Below are positions 23,423-34,522 of a stretch of DNA of 64,000 nucleotides, in pieces (positions within the stretch are counted from its first letter, which is position 1; every line of letters starts with the position of its first letter). The translations under genes were made by a program, and so were the position numbers. Origin of the DNA: Veleropilina oligotropha (taxonomy: Eukaryota); the NCBI GenBank assembly GCA_048128005.1, contig JBEUKZ010000010.1, forward strand, positions 682,001 to 746,000, read 5' to 3'. The notes beneath the pieces are model-generated. The model worked only from the letters and a program-made list of their open reading frames with translations. It was not told where the DNA came from and did not search any database.

Positions 23423-24214
23423 GTATTATTTGTTGATTGTATCAATTTACATAATTCATGCTGACGCATTGTTATTTGTTGGCCTAGTTGTTCTATGAAA
23501 TAGACACATATGAGGCGATTCAATGTCTGTTCATTTCTTAAAAACATTTTAAGATTTTGTACTTCATGTCATTTCTGAGTATATTGACAAGCCAGATTAC
23601 ATTGAATTTAATAAACAAAAATATTGCGACAATCTTATACGATTTGAGGTTCAATATTATTGATGTTCTATGCTGTATAGAACATACGATGTTCAAGACA
23701 TTGGGAAAAAATTTAATATTTGCTTCCTTTAAATTTGTTTTAAGTAACATGTCTTACATGTTAGCGTTTCGCAAGTTGGTCATGCGAATAAATTATTAAT
23801 ATCGATTATTTACTTAATCTATTAATTCTTTGCTTTGATTTCACGCTTTCACAACCTATTAGGTTCCGTGTGCTTACAAATCCGACTGCATCCTCTGGCT
23901 ACCGGCCTTTGGCCAGGAGTACCATTTGGCTGCCACTGGCCCATGACACGTAAGACCTACAGGGATTCATCCTTCCGGCCGTGCCTGGGGCTGATTGCAC
24001 TTCCGTTCACCTCGTCCGACTAACACCACGGCGTATTCTCCCGGTAACACTGGTCGAAATTCTCGCTTGGTAAGAGTTGAATATAATTCTCAGTAAATTC
24101 CACTCTGGGCGGACGCAATCGACGCTTAGAGCTGATTGCCATGGTGAAAAGTAAGTCATTATCTTGTTTGGGTTTGCTGTAAGGAACTTCTTACCCACCT
24201 ATCCAAGGTTATTC

Positions 24215-24304
24215 TGGCAAGAGTAAGGACGTAAGTATGTTTGTAACTACATATGAGGTTTTAAGGTAAACCTAATATTAGTTAAAACATACTTACGTCC
24301 TTAC
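24215..24304. other. ICR of copy C
   Basis: Reverse complement of the 5' end (ATATGTAGTTACAAACATACTTACG..) joined to the reverse complement of the 3' end (..AAAACCTCAT). Confidence 0.95.
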
Positions 24305-24362
24305 CACGATTACCCACCCTGCTTCGCATTCCTCCCCTCTGCTAAGTTCCTTTGGGGTTCTG

Positions 24363-24600
24363 AACTTTGAATTGATGTCTGGTGACTTGATAGCCCGGAT
24401 GTCTCGCGAGACTTGGCGAGATCTCGCTGGAGGAACTTAGAGAGGGGAAGCAGGGGAGGTGATCGTGGTATGTTTTGACTTAATTAGTGCATAAATGTGA
24501 CTTTATTCACTGTTTCCGGTTAGCGAAAATATGACTACTATGGCAAGAGTAAGGACGTAAGTATGTTTTAACTAATATTAGGTTTACCTTAAAACCTCAT
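24363..24600. repeat. Right ITR plus 3' extension of copy C
   Basis: Reverse complement of the left ITR, plus an extension matched by the ICR. Confidence 0.95.
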
Positions 24601-25425
24601 TTTATGCATAGGAGCTGTCCTGTATTGTAGTGGATTAGAACGTGGTTCAAATTTCATCCGCTCAATTGACTGCTACAATTCACAGGAGAACTGTAGCTTT
24701 GAGAGCCTTTGTGCATGAATCTAGTTTGATATAGTGGTCACGATCTAAGGTGAACTTTTGTGTTATGATTCAGTGTTGATATACATCCATTCTCTTTTGT
24801 TTTAATTGCACATTATTGTTTGGGACAAATTGACATTATTTGTTTATTATAGTAGTAATAATATGGTTTGACCTTTAATGTTCATGTTTAATTTCATTTA
24901 ATGAAATAATTATATATATGTGTACGCTTAAGCTGTGCAAACCTCCAACTGTGGATCACGATCGAGGGGGCACGGTGGTCATTAGTCATTATAACAGACC
25001 ACTTGATCTGCTAGCTGTGCACCAATATCATATGATAAAATTGTATGCATATAGGGGCTGTCCTGTATTGTAGTGGATTAGAATGTGGTTCAAATTTCAT
25101 CCGCTCAATTGACAGCTAGCTTTAATTCACAGTAGAACTGTATACAGCTTTGAGAGCCTTTATGTGCATGAATCTAGTTTGATATAGCGGTCACGATCTA
25201 AGGTGAACTTTGTTATCTCCCCTGAACTGTAAAAGAACTGCCAACAATGGAAAATGATTTTGTGTTGTGATTCAGTGTTGATATACATCCATTCTCTTTG
25301 TCTTAATTGCACATTATTGTTTCAGACAAATTGACATTATTTGTTTATTATACGTAGTATTAGTAATAATATGGTTTGGCCTTTAATGTTCATGTTTAAT
25401 TTCATTTAATGAAATAATTATATAT
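24601..25425. repeat. Local direct duplication (24601-24920 vs ~25040-25425)
   Basis: GCTGTCCTGTATTGTAGTGGATTAGAA...TTTCATTTAATGAAATAATTATATATA occurs twice; the second copy has a ~48-bp extra segment. Confidence 0.85.
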
Positions 25426-26058
25426 ATTGATTGATTGATTGATTGATTTTATTTCGCAATAAAACATTCATACATACATGTATAAAATATAAAAATTGCG
25501 GAGGATAACACAAAAAGTATAAACTTATTTCCATTGTGGTCCTCGAGACGAAAAACTTGACAGCACCGGTAAGAATATGATCGATATTAAATATTATAAA
25601 ACAATTGAGTATTAACAATAATAAAAAAGAACAAAACTAGTTTATAAAACATATAAATAACACTAATAGTATATAAAATCACATTGACTGCTGACTAAAA
25701 GTTGAGACATAAAATGGTTTTTAATATTCTTTTTGAACACATTTTTGGTTTGAGATGAACTGACAGACAGGGGAAGATCATTCCATAATTTAGCACCAGT
25801 ATAATAAAAACTATCCTTACTGAAAGACCCAACATGGGTAATATTGAAATTGTTTACACTATTTCTGGTACGAGAATATTGTGACATTTGAAAATTATCT
25901 CTCATGTATGCAGGAGCACTATTGTGAAAAATATTATACACATGACCAAGCTTTAGCTGATTTACACGCATATCAACTGGTAACAATCCAACATTTCTGA
26001 ACTCTTCCACCCCAATATGAGAACGAGGGGGGAGATTTAACATGAACCTGACATTTTT
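25426..26058 (-). mobile_element. 5'-truncated CR1/L2-clade LINE (ORF2 C-terminus, 3' UTR, (TCAA)n tail)
   Basis: ORF 25663..26043(-) SFYYTGAKLWNDLP..FKKNIK resembles CR1/L2 ORF2 ends; AATAAA followed by (ATCA)n on the minus strand. Confidence 0.85.
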
Positions 26059-26925
26059 TGCCTTATTACGCTAGATGTTTGAAATATGTGCGTATCGCTT
26101 ACGCATGTCCGTTAATAAATACGCATAGATATAATAATCGTTGCATACAAGAAAGCTTCTGTGGCACAGTTGAATGTCAATCGCTGCTGCTCGGGTTTTG
26201 TCAGTAAATCCCGATTGACATAAGGGGGGTAACTCGTCTGATTAGCAAAACTCCATGAAAGAAGCAATCGTATTGGTCCAATAATCGACTTTCAGCCAAT
26301 GAAATCACTTTTGCAATTGTTTGCTTGAAAAATCAAAATGTCGAAACTTAATTTTAGGCCGTCGCATGATCAATTGCCACGAAAAAAGTCGTATGCTCAA
26401 TAGTTAACAATGTTGTTAATAAAAACTTTGAGGTTTCCAACGGGTTAAAAGTTAACTGTAAAACACTAAAGCAATGGAAGACCAATTAAGTTCCTGTGGT
26501 TAACAGCCAAAGCAAATTACGACGTCACGCTTGTAAAATGTACGATTTGCGTACAAGCAATTAAAGGCTGACATTTGCCGAGTTCGGAGGTAATTAGGTC
26601 AAACACGCTGTCATCTTAGAAGATGAATTTCGCTATTGTTTTGATAGTAATTCAATGAATAGAGTCTAATATTGATGACAATTCATTCAAAGACATTCCT
26701 TTTGTTGTGATATTTGTCATGATTTAATTTATCAAATCTTAACCTTAAAAACATCTAGAAATACATCTACAGCCTCAAGTTAATCAAGTTAGGCAATCAA
26801 ATCAGCATATGTTGACATTCCTGTTCTTGTTCTAAAGCTTTGACATGCTTATATGATAGTTTAAATAGTTTTAAATATAACAAGGGGATTTTGTCATAAT
26901 GGGCTTTTATCCTAAGGGGTTTTTG

Positions 26926-27225
26926 GGCGCTTTTTCGGTACTTCCCCACAGCTCCGGCTTTTACTCAAGTTTGGAAATCCGTTTTTTCAACTCCGATAAA
27001 ATACGAATTTTTCTAACCCTAACCCTAACCTGTAGGCTTACGGTCAGTGCCTTTACATCGAATGCTACCAGTACGTTTTCATTCATATTATGAATAAAAA
27101 CTCGACAACGCAGAAATTGACAAGGCAGATAATACGCGGAGTGTGAAAATTTAAGACGAATACATGCCGGAGCTCCTTAAATATGTATAAAAGCCGGATC
27201 TGTGGGGAAGTACCGAAAGAGCACC
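26926..27225. mobile_element. Merlin-like MITE
   Basis: ~36-bp TIRs starting GG (GGCGCTTTTTCGGTACTTCCCCACAG); 8-bp TSD GGTTTTTG at 26918-26925 and 27226-27233; internal CTAACC x3. Confidence 0.8.
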
Positions 27226-28157
27226 GGTTTTTGTCCCAAGGGGCTAATTACCAGTGGGCTTTTGTATATATTATTCAATTAATGAGCTACAATATACCAG
27301 TCTATGTCCATTGTGTACATAATTTAGATTTAATCAGCTCATAAGTACTACAGCGTGTCAGTATATATGTATTTTAGACATATAATATCTGTGCCATCTT
27401 TGATCATATCATATGTATGAATATCACCACTACGTGTATTATTTATATATTTTATAGCACTTAATTTATGAATGGTTTACCACAAACTAAAATTCTATGA
27501 ACTCACTCAATGTGTTTTGCAATCTGTTTGATTTCTGATCATATCTGTAAGTGTTATTTTCATGACACGGTAAGGTTAGAAGTTTCTTTGACTGTTCAGT
27601 GTTCGAACTTCTCTACCATATCACTTCATCTTAATACCCTTTAAGAGCATATATTGTGCTATCGATCAGTCGATATGAATTAAATGAAATGTTAATTTAA
27701 TTAAGTTTTGTTGAATATCTGTGTAAAACTTGTTTGTCTGATTGTGATCATATCTTTATGGTATTTGAGCTGTTTGGTCGACATCAGAATGATAATTATG
27801 AAAATATGCAGTGGTGTAGGCTGGGGGGGGGGGGGGGGGGGGGGTAGGGGGGTAAATGCTCCCCCAATATTTTTAGAAGTGCCCTTAAATTTGCAAGTAC
27901 TCTTAGATTTGCACTCAAATTATATATGCGGGTTCATAGTTTGTTATAAAATAACCGGTATTACCCCCCCCCCTCCCAATTTTTTTATTGGTGCCCTTAG
28001 ACAGACTTAAAATATATACTAGTATCCAACTTCATAGTTTTTATGTATGCATCATCTCCAGAATTGGTTTTTTCCATCCATTTTAGATCAAAATCTGTTC
28101 TCGAGCAAAATCTGCTCTCGATCAACCATGCCAGCTTTATGCAATTGTGTGTGATTT

Positions 28158-29056
28158 TTGGCCCGCCTTCTAAAGGCAGGGCTATAGCCGTGTACTGGCG
28201 TCCGTCCGTCCGTCGTCCGTCGCCTGATGCTTTCTGTCACATAGAAGACGAACCGCTGGACTTACTCCTTTCATATTTGGTATACATCGTATATACCATC
28301 AGGCCTAGCCCAAGTTCGCTGGGTCAAAGGTCAAGGTCATTTTCATGTATTTCCGTTCTGGCACTTCGAAGATTGCTTTCTGTCACATAGAAGATGAACC
28401 GCTGGACCTACAGCTTTCATCTTGGGTATGCACCTTGTATACCATCATGCCTAGCCCAAGTTCAAAGATGGGGTCGCTGGGTCAAAGGTCAAGGTCATTT
28501 TCGTGTATTTCCGTTCTGGCACTTCGAAGATTGCTTTCTGTCACATAGAAGATGAACCGCTGGACCTACAGCTTTCATCTTGGGTATGCACCTTGTATAC
28601 CATCAGGCCTAGCCCAAGTTCAAAGATGGGGTCGCTGGGTCAAAGGTCAAGGTCATTTTCGTGTATTTCCGTTCTGGCACTTCGAAGATTGCTTTCTGTC
28701 ACATAGAAGATGAACCACTGGACCTACATGCAGCTTTCATCTTGGGTATGCACCTTGTATACCATCAGGCCTAGCCCAAGTTCAAAGATGGGGTCGCTGG
28801 GTCAAAGGTCAAGGTCATTTTCGTGTATTTCCGTTCTGGCACTTCGAAGATTGCTTTCTGTCACATAGAAGATGAACCGCTGGACCTACAGCTTTCATCT
28901 TGGGTATGCACCTTGTATGCCATCAGGCCTAGCCCAAGTTCAAAGATGGGGTCGCTGGGTCAAAGGTCAAGGTCATTTTCGTGCACTTTGAAGATATAGA
29001 GTTATTGATTATTTTCCTCTCTATGGGCGGGCCTGTATGAGGATTATACCTCTAGT
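28158..29056 (+). mobile_element. Helentron-associated element with a 158-bp tandem array (~5 units)
   Basis: subTIR GGCCCGCC / GGCGGGCC, (GTCC)n microsatellite, near-identical 158-bp units (ORFs at 28345 and 28503 repeat), CTAGTT end. Confidence 0.85.
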
Positions 29057-30952
29057 TATAAAATAAGGGAGGTATTTCACCCCACCCCCACCCCCCATAT
29101 TTTACTGATGCCTATAGACAGAACATTTAAAGTATATCTGAGTTCATAGCTTTATCACATGTACGATATCCTTGAGATATGTGCATCTACCGACAGTCAC
29201 CATTCTAGGGAGTATAATTATTGTACAGCAGACTGGGCATGAGGCTATTGCATGCCTACACCTTTTATGAAGTGGTGAAATGATTCGTAAATATTGTTAA
29301 GAAATATCACATTTACATCATCAGAATACAGGAGAGGGTGTTTAGCACGGTTAATTGTAAAAAATTGGTCCCACGACACGGTCAATGGTAGTATAATTCG
29401 ACCCCGTAAGGCCCTTCAAAGTCCTGTTGACCATCATGTCCCCCTCAATGTTGTAGTCCCTGGTCGTATATACAGCTGTTTATTATATTTCAAAAACGTC
29501 TTTGGCCTATCTTTCAAATTGAAAACTTTAACTAAGTGGTGAAAATGATTCAAAGATGTTGGTAAGAAATAGAACATAGAATACAGGAGAGGCGGTTTCA
29601 CTATTAAGGTTAAGTGTCAAAATTTTCTTCCACGTGGGGCCCCACTCCCACGCAGACCATTTATAGCATAATTTGACTCCCTTCATATTTCTATTTGGAA
29701 AAATAATCCTCAACCCCCACAGCAATCATACATACATGTACGGTTGAAAATTACCTTTATTTAAAGTTATTTATGCAAAGTGCCCTTTTTTCGTCTTAAC
29801 CCCCAATCTCAAATTGCTTCCTCCCGCCACTGATATGTCTATGTATGGTGTAATATGAGAAGGTTCAAAGCAGCTTTCATGGAATTTATTCCCCCAAATA
29901 AAGAACAGGTTTATTTGTTGCAACAACTTAGGTATATCTAAGTGGCCTCCTTGATCCAAGAACAGACTGATTTACAATATATAAAAACATGGCTCGCATT
30001 GCATGAGCCATTGTAATATAAAAAATTCTCGAGTCTAGTTAGTATGTAACATTTGAAGATATAAAAAAAGCACTCGGAGACTATACTTTTATATGTGACG
30101 TCTTACATGAAAGGAGATATATCCAAGCGAACATAGAACGATGTAAAATATATGCAAAGAAAAAGAGCGAAGGAACAATATATGAAACAGACAATATCTG
30201 ATCAAGTTTAATGAACATGCATACCGGTATTTGAACTTTGGGTTCATGATGTTGGAGCTTTTGAGATACTTGCATTAATTGCCTGCATGCAAGCTTTATG
30301 TATAATTTCACATTCAATCCTATATACCTCAAGGGAAATAACTCTGTTCATCCTATGAGACACTCTATCACTACACTGAAGAATTAGCAAGGAATGTTAG
30401 TCTATTATTAATTGTAATCTAAATTTTTATATTCTATAACTAAATACCATATTATAGCTATTTTGATTTGGACCTTAATTAAATTTATTGCTCATTCAAT
30501 TGTCAATTATATTAAGTGAACATTATTTTGCATGTATATACTCACTGCAAAGCGCTAACAGATTGAGCCACGGTATATACATGTACATTCATTGAATAAG
30601 AAATACCGTAGCATTAGGAGAGGTAAGCGTGTGCACTCTATTGAAATTAATTGAAAATATGTGTGCTACTTGATTTATATTATCAGTACCAGAATTGTTT
30701 GCTATTTAATTATAATTAATGTATGTGGTTTCATCGCCAGATCGATCGAATTGTATGCTATTTAATGTATGTGGTTTCATCGCCAGTAATGTATGCTATT
30801 TAATGTATTATAATTGCCATTTGTACAATGAAAACACAACATATGAAAGAAATATTTTATTGAATTACAATGAAATAATATACGTCATACAGTTTTGGCA
30901 ATTCGGGGACAATATAAACCCGCGACCTTATATATTGAATAGAAATGAATTT

Positions 30953-33128
30953 ATTATACCCCCGTGCTACGAAGTAGCTGGGGCTAAACCATTGTTGTGA
31001 CGTCATCCTATTGTCTTGGGAGTCCATTATTTCTAATAATGGATCACTCTGAGCTGCCCAGGCCAATATGTTGACAATGGAAACAATGCTGCGATCCAAT
31101 AAGTTGACAATGGACAACAATGACACGATCCAATAAGTTGACAATGGATAACGAGGATGCATAGGCAAGCAGAAATTTTCCTCCATCATAGGCCAACGAA
31201 TGGTAAAATATATAATCCAGGTGAACGAAGTATATGATACTCCAAATACATCCGAAACGAGACAACCGGCAACATCGATAGCTCAATACCACATAAATAT
31301 CCATATTGTTTGCGATAAATTCCACGTCCTTACAGGTCGCTGCCAAAATAAACACTGGTGAAACAGAACTGATGATCACGTGCGAGCTATACCGAGATGG
31401 CTCGGATGACATTTCCTTTAAAAAGCATGCAGTCTATTTATATCAACAATGAACCGTAATCAGATCGCCGGGCTGTGTGAAGAATCATTGAGACACCCGA
31501 AATCAGTATTGAAGTTAACAACTAAAATAATTTATTATTGCTGTTAATATTAATACTGAAGTTATATTATTTAAACGTATTGATATAATTTAAATAATAA
31601 TGCGATATATGTTAATACAAAACACAAATTATTGTTCAAATGGGAAACAATTATTTAAGTAAGATATAAGCCTCAGACGATCCATTCTTAAAACTATCAG
31701 TCGGGCCTCGGCGCTACCGCGCCTTGGCTGGACCGATATTTTTAAGAATGGATCATCATTCGGCTTATATCCATTACGTATATAGCGTTCCGTTCATCCG
31801 TCCTTCCAGTCATTCGACTTTGTCGGAGGCATATCTCCAAAACCGTACATGCTAGCTTCATGAAACTTCATACATACATTAACTAGGTTGAGTACTTGCG
31901 CCATTTGCTATTTTCCTGAATTTTTTATTTTTACAAAAAATGGCGGATATATAAGATTGACATAGACTATAATGGAGGGCGCTTATGTCCGAAGTATATC
32001 TTCTGAACCGTACAGGCTAGCTTCACTAAACTTGGTATACACACTAACTAGGTTGAGTGGTTGTGCCTTTTGCTATTTTCAGGTTTCTGAAATTTTTATT
32101 TAAAAAATAGTAGTTGATGTAAGACTGCATGACATGTCATAGACTACAATGAATGAATGGAGTGCGCGACGATTTTGTCTGGGGCATACCTCCCAAACCA
32201 TACAGGATAGCTTCACGAAACATGGTATACACATTAGCTAGGTTGAGTAGTTGTGCCTTTTGATATTTACAGGTTTCTGAAATTTTTTATTTAAAAAAAA
32301 ATGGCGGATATAAGATTGACATAGACTATAATGGGCGACGTCTTTGTCCAAAGCATATCTTCTAAAATTTTATTTTTACAAATAATGGCAGATATAAGAT
32401 TGACATAGACTATAATGTGCGACACTTTTGACTGGAGCATATCTCCCACATCATACAGGATAGCTTCACGAAACTTGGTATACACACTAACTTAAGGTTT
32501 AGTAGTTATGCCTTTTGTTACTTTTACATTTCTGAAATATATATTTTAAAAAAATTGCTAATATAACTAATATTGACCTGCAGGACTACAATGATCAAAA
32601 GCACCAAACAGAGTGTGCAAAATATTTTTTTTTAATTATGTGTTGAAGTATTGAAATTTAATTTTTGAAGTGTAACTATTTCTTTTGTTTGCTTATAAAA
32701 ATATTATGTATGTTATTGTACGATGAAAGGGACGTGCTTATCTGTAATACTTTCTCAGCTGTTAAGCTTATTCGTCACTTTGTGGAGCTGGTATTATCAA
32801 AACAGATGAATTGGATGGATTATGAAAACTGACTTCCTCATTGATTTATTCCATGAGTATCCTAAAATGGGATTGTATTTTGCCGTTACAATAACAGACT
32901 ATGCACACTATCTAATATCACTCCTCAACTGCATGGCCAGGGCTCATATATATATAATTGAATCCCCAGACTATAGTCGGGGACACTATGGTTTAGTCAT
33001 CGTTTCGCCGCAGCGTCTGCAGAGATTTCTTATTTTCTAAAGATTAATGGCTGATATAACATTGACAGACTATAATTATTGAAAGCACCGAATGGGGGTA
33101 TGTAAGCTGTGCTTACTTTTTTCTTGTT
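30953..33128 (+). mobile_element. Helentron-associated element with internal ~180-bp repeats, interrupted by an insert at ~30985-31780
   Basis: subTIR ATACCCCC / GGGGGTAT, degenerate TCCG microsatellite at ~31790, repeats at 31820-32600, 3' hairpin GTAAGC-TGT-GCTTAC. Confidence 0.65.
31656..31781. repeat. Long imperfect hairpin, Crypton-like
   Basis: GATATAAGCC..GATCCATTCTTAAAA pairs with TTTTAAGAATGGATC..GGCTTATATC; apical CTCGGCGCTACCGCGCCTTGG. Confidence 0.65.
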
Positions 33129-33174
33129 ATAATAGCGATGGCAATCAACTTTAGAAGCAGCAATTGTTACTGGC

Positions 33175-33520
33175 ATCCAGGAGGCAATGATCGATTTTCA
33201 CTCATGTCAATGAGGCAGTGATGGCTACCTGTGTCAAATGTCAAGCGAACAACGATGGTTACCCATCATGTCAATGAGGCAGTGATGGTTACCTGTGTCA
33301 AATGTCAAGCGAACAACGATGGTTATCCATCATGTCAATGAGGCAGTGATGGTTACCTGTGTCAAATGTCAACCAGGTATTGATGGCGACCCATGTCAAT
33401 GAGGCAGTGATGGCTACCTGTGTCAAATGTCAATGCCATGGCTACCTCTGTTACTGAGGCAGTGATGGCTATACCTGTGTCAACTGTCGAGAATGCAACA
33501 ATTGCTACCTCTGTTACCAA
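33175..33520. repeat. ~64-bp tandem repeat
   Basis: CATGTCAATGAGGCAGTGATGG(C/T)TACCTGTGTCAAATGTCAA repeated four times plus degenerate copies. Confidence 0.9.
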
Positions 33521-34258
33521 ATTACTTCGCGACAAATTATTTAAAGCAACGATGGTTTCCAATATGTTAAAGGAAGTAACATTACGCATTAATGATTAAA
33601 TAATGTTAATCTTGGTAGTTACTACATATAATACATAAACATATGAACTTATGGACAATAATTCCATATGTTTAATAAGAATGTGCCCAAAAGTCGAAAT
33701 TTCACCAAATAGATTGGTCCCATTTGATAGTCCCCAAGGATATTGCATGCTATTTAATCTTATAATTAACAGCACGACAGCTTGCATGTGGGGTTAATTG
33801 TGTTTTCGTTAATAAGCTCATCCCTGGTTATAGTTATTAAACAAGAACGACGCGTTTGGAATATGTCTGGACTTTTCTTTATTTCCGTCAAATTTTCAGA
33901 ACAGCTATAACGTTACAATGGCGAAGTTTATTACAAGACTTTGCCACCCCGTCGATTGTGACGTCACTCAATGACGGTTAATCTAAAGCGTCATCGTAAT
34001 GACGTCATTGCTATTTACATGTACTAGAAACATTTGACATACGTTATATACAAATATGCATAAAAGTGCCTAATAAATGCATATTTTTGCAATATTGTGT
34101 CGCAAATTTTATATACACGACCTAGAAATACTCCTGGGAATGTGTGTACCAATTTTGGTAAAAATTGGACCGGTAGTTTTCACATAATCCTGCGGATATA
34201 TATATATATGTATATATATACACACAGACCATTTGATAATGTCTTGTCCTTTTTTACA

Positions 34259-34522
34259 GGCCGCTTCAGCAGCGCAGTGGGTAGAGTGTCCACTCTAAAT
34301 TCACTGGCTTGATTCCGCTAATGCGAACAGTAGTGGGTTCAATACCTGGCTGAGGCATTGAAATTTGTTCAAGTTATGAATCACAGTTGTCTGTGACTGT
34401 CCAAAGAGGGCGGGTTTACCCGGCCGACCGGGGTTTCCTCCCGCGACAACACGGACATGTCCTGCCTTGAACCTCGATGTTGTAAATATACAGGACATTA
34501 AGCATCATTCCTCCTTCCTCCT
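34259..34522 (+). mobile_element. tRNA-derived SINE
   Basis: A-box-like AGCGCAGTGGG, B-box-like GGGTTCAATACC, (TCC)n tail, TSD CCTTTTTT(T)ACA; related copies at 35481, 39924 and ~63480. Confidence 0.85.

Larger units (their letters stand above)
17179..24600 (+). mobile_element. DIRS1-like retrotransposon copy C (full length, one evident lesion)
   Basis: Left ITR ~17191-17396 vs right ITR ~24363-24568 (two mismatches seen); ICR 24215-24304; complete gag, pol and YR; AT at both ends. Confidence 0.97.

Noticed and set aside
24010..24116. Resemblance to a twister ribozyme (CCGACTAACAC...GGGCGG)
   Set aside because: The purine-rich GAG/GGAG strand and pseudoknot partners are missing, and copy B has CTTAC instead of CTAAC.
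23863..24150. Possible extra coding exon (TAG/GTT...AA/GTAAGT in all three copies)
   Set aside because: No frame is conserved: stops and 1-nt indels differ among A, B and C. A non-coding splice remains possible but is unsupported.
28228..28983. CRISPR-like or coding tandem array (also 33175-33520, 50095-50410, 56723-56802)
   Set aside because: Contiguous tandem units with no unique spacers, in eukaryotic transposon context; no cas genes.
34259..34360. tRNA gene
   Set aside because: Only A/B boxes without a proper cloverleaf; followed by a SINE body, tail and TSD, with several dispersed copies.
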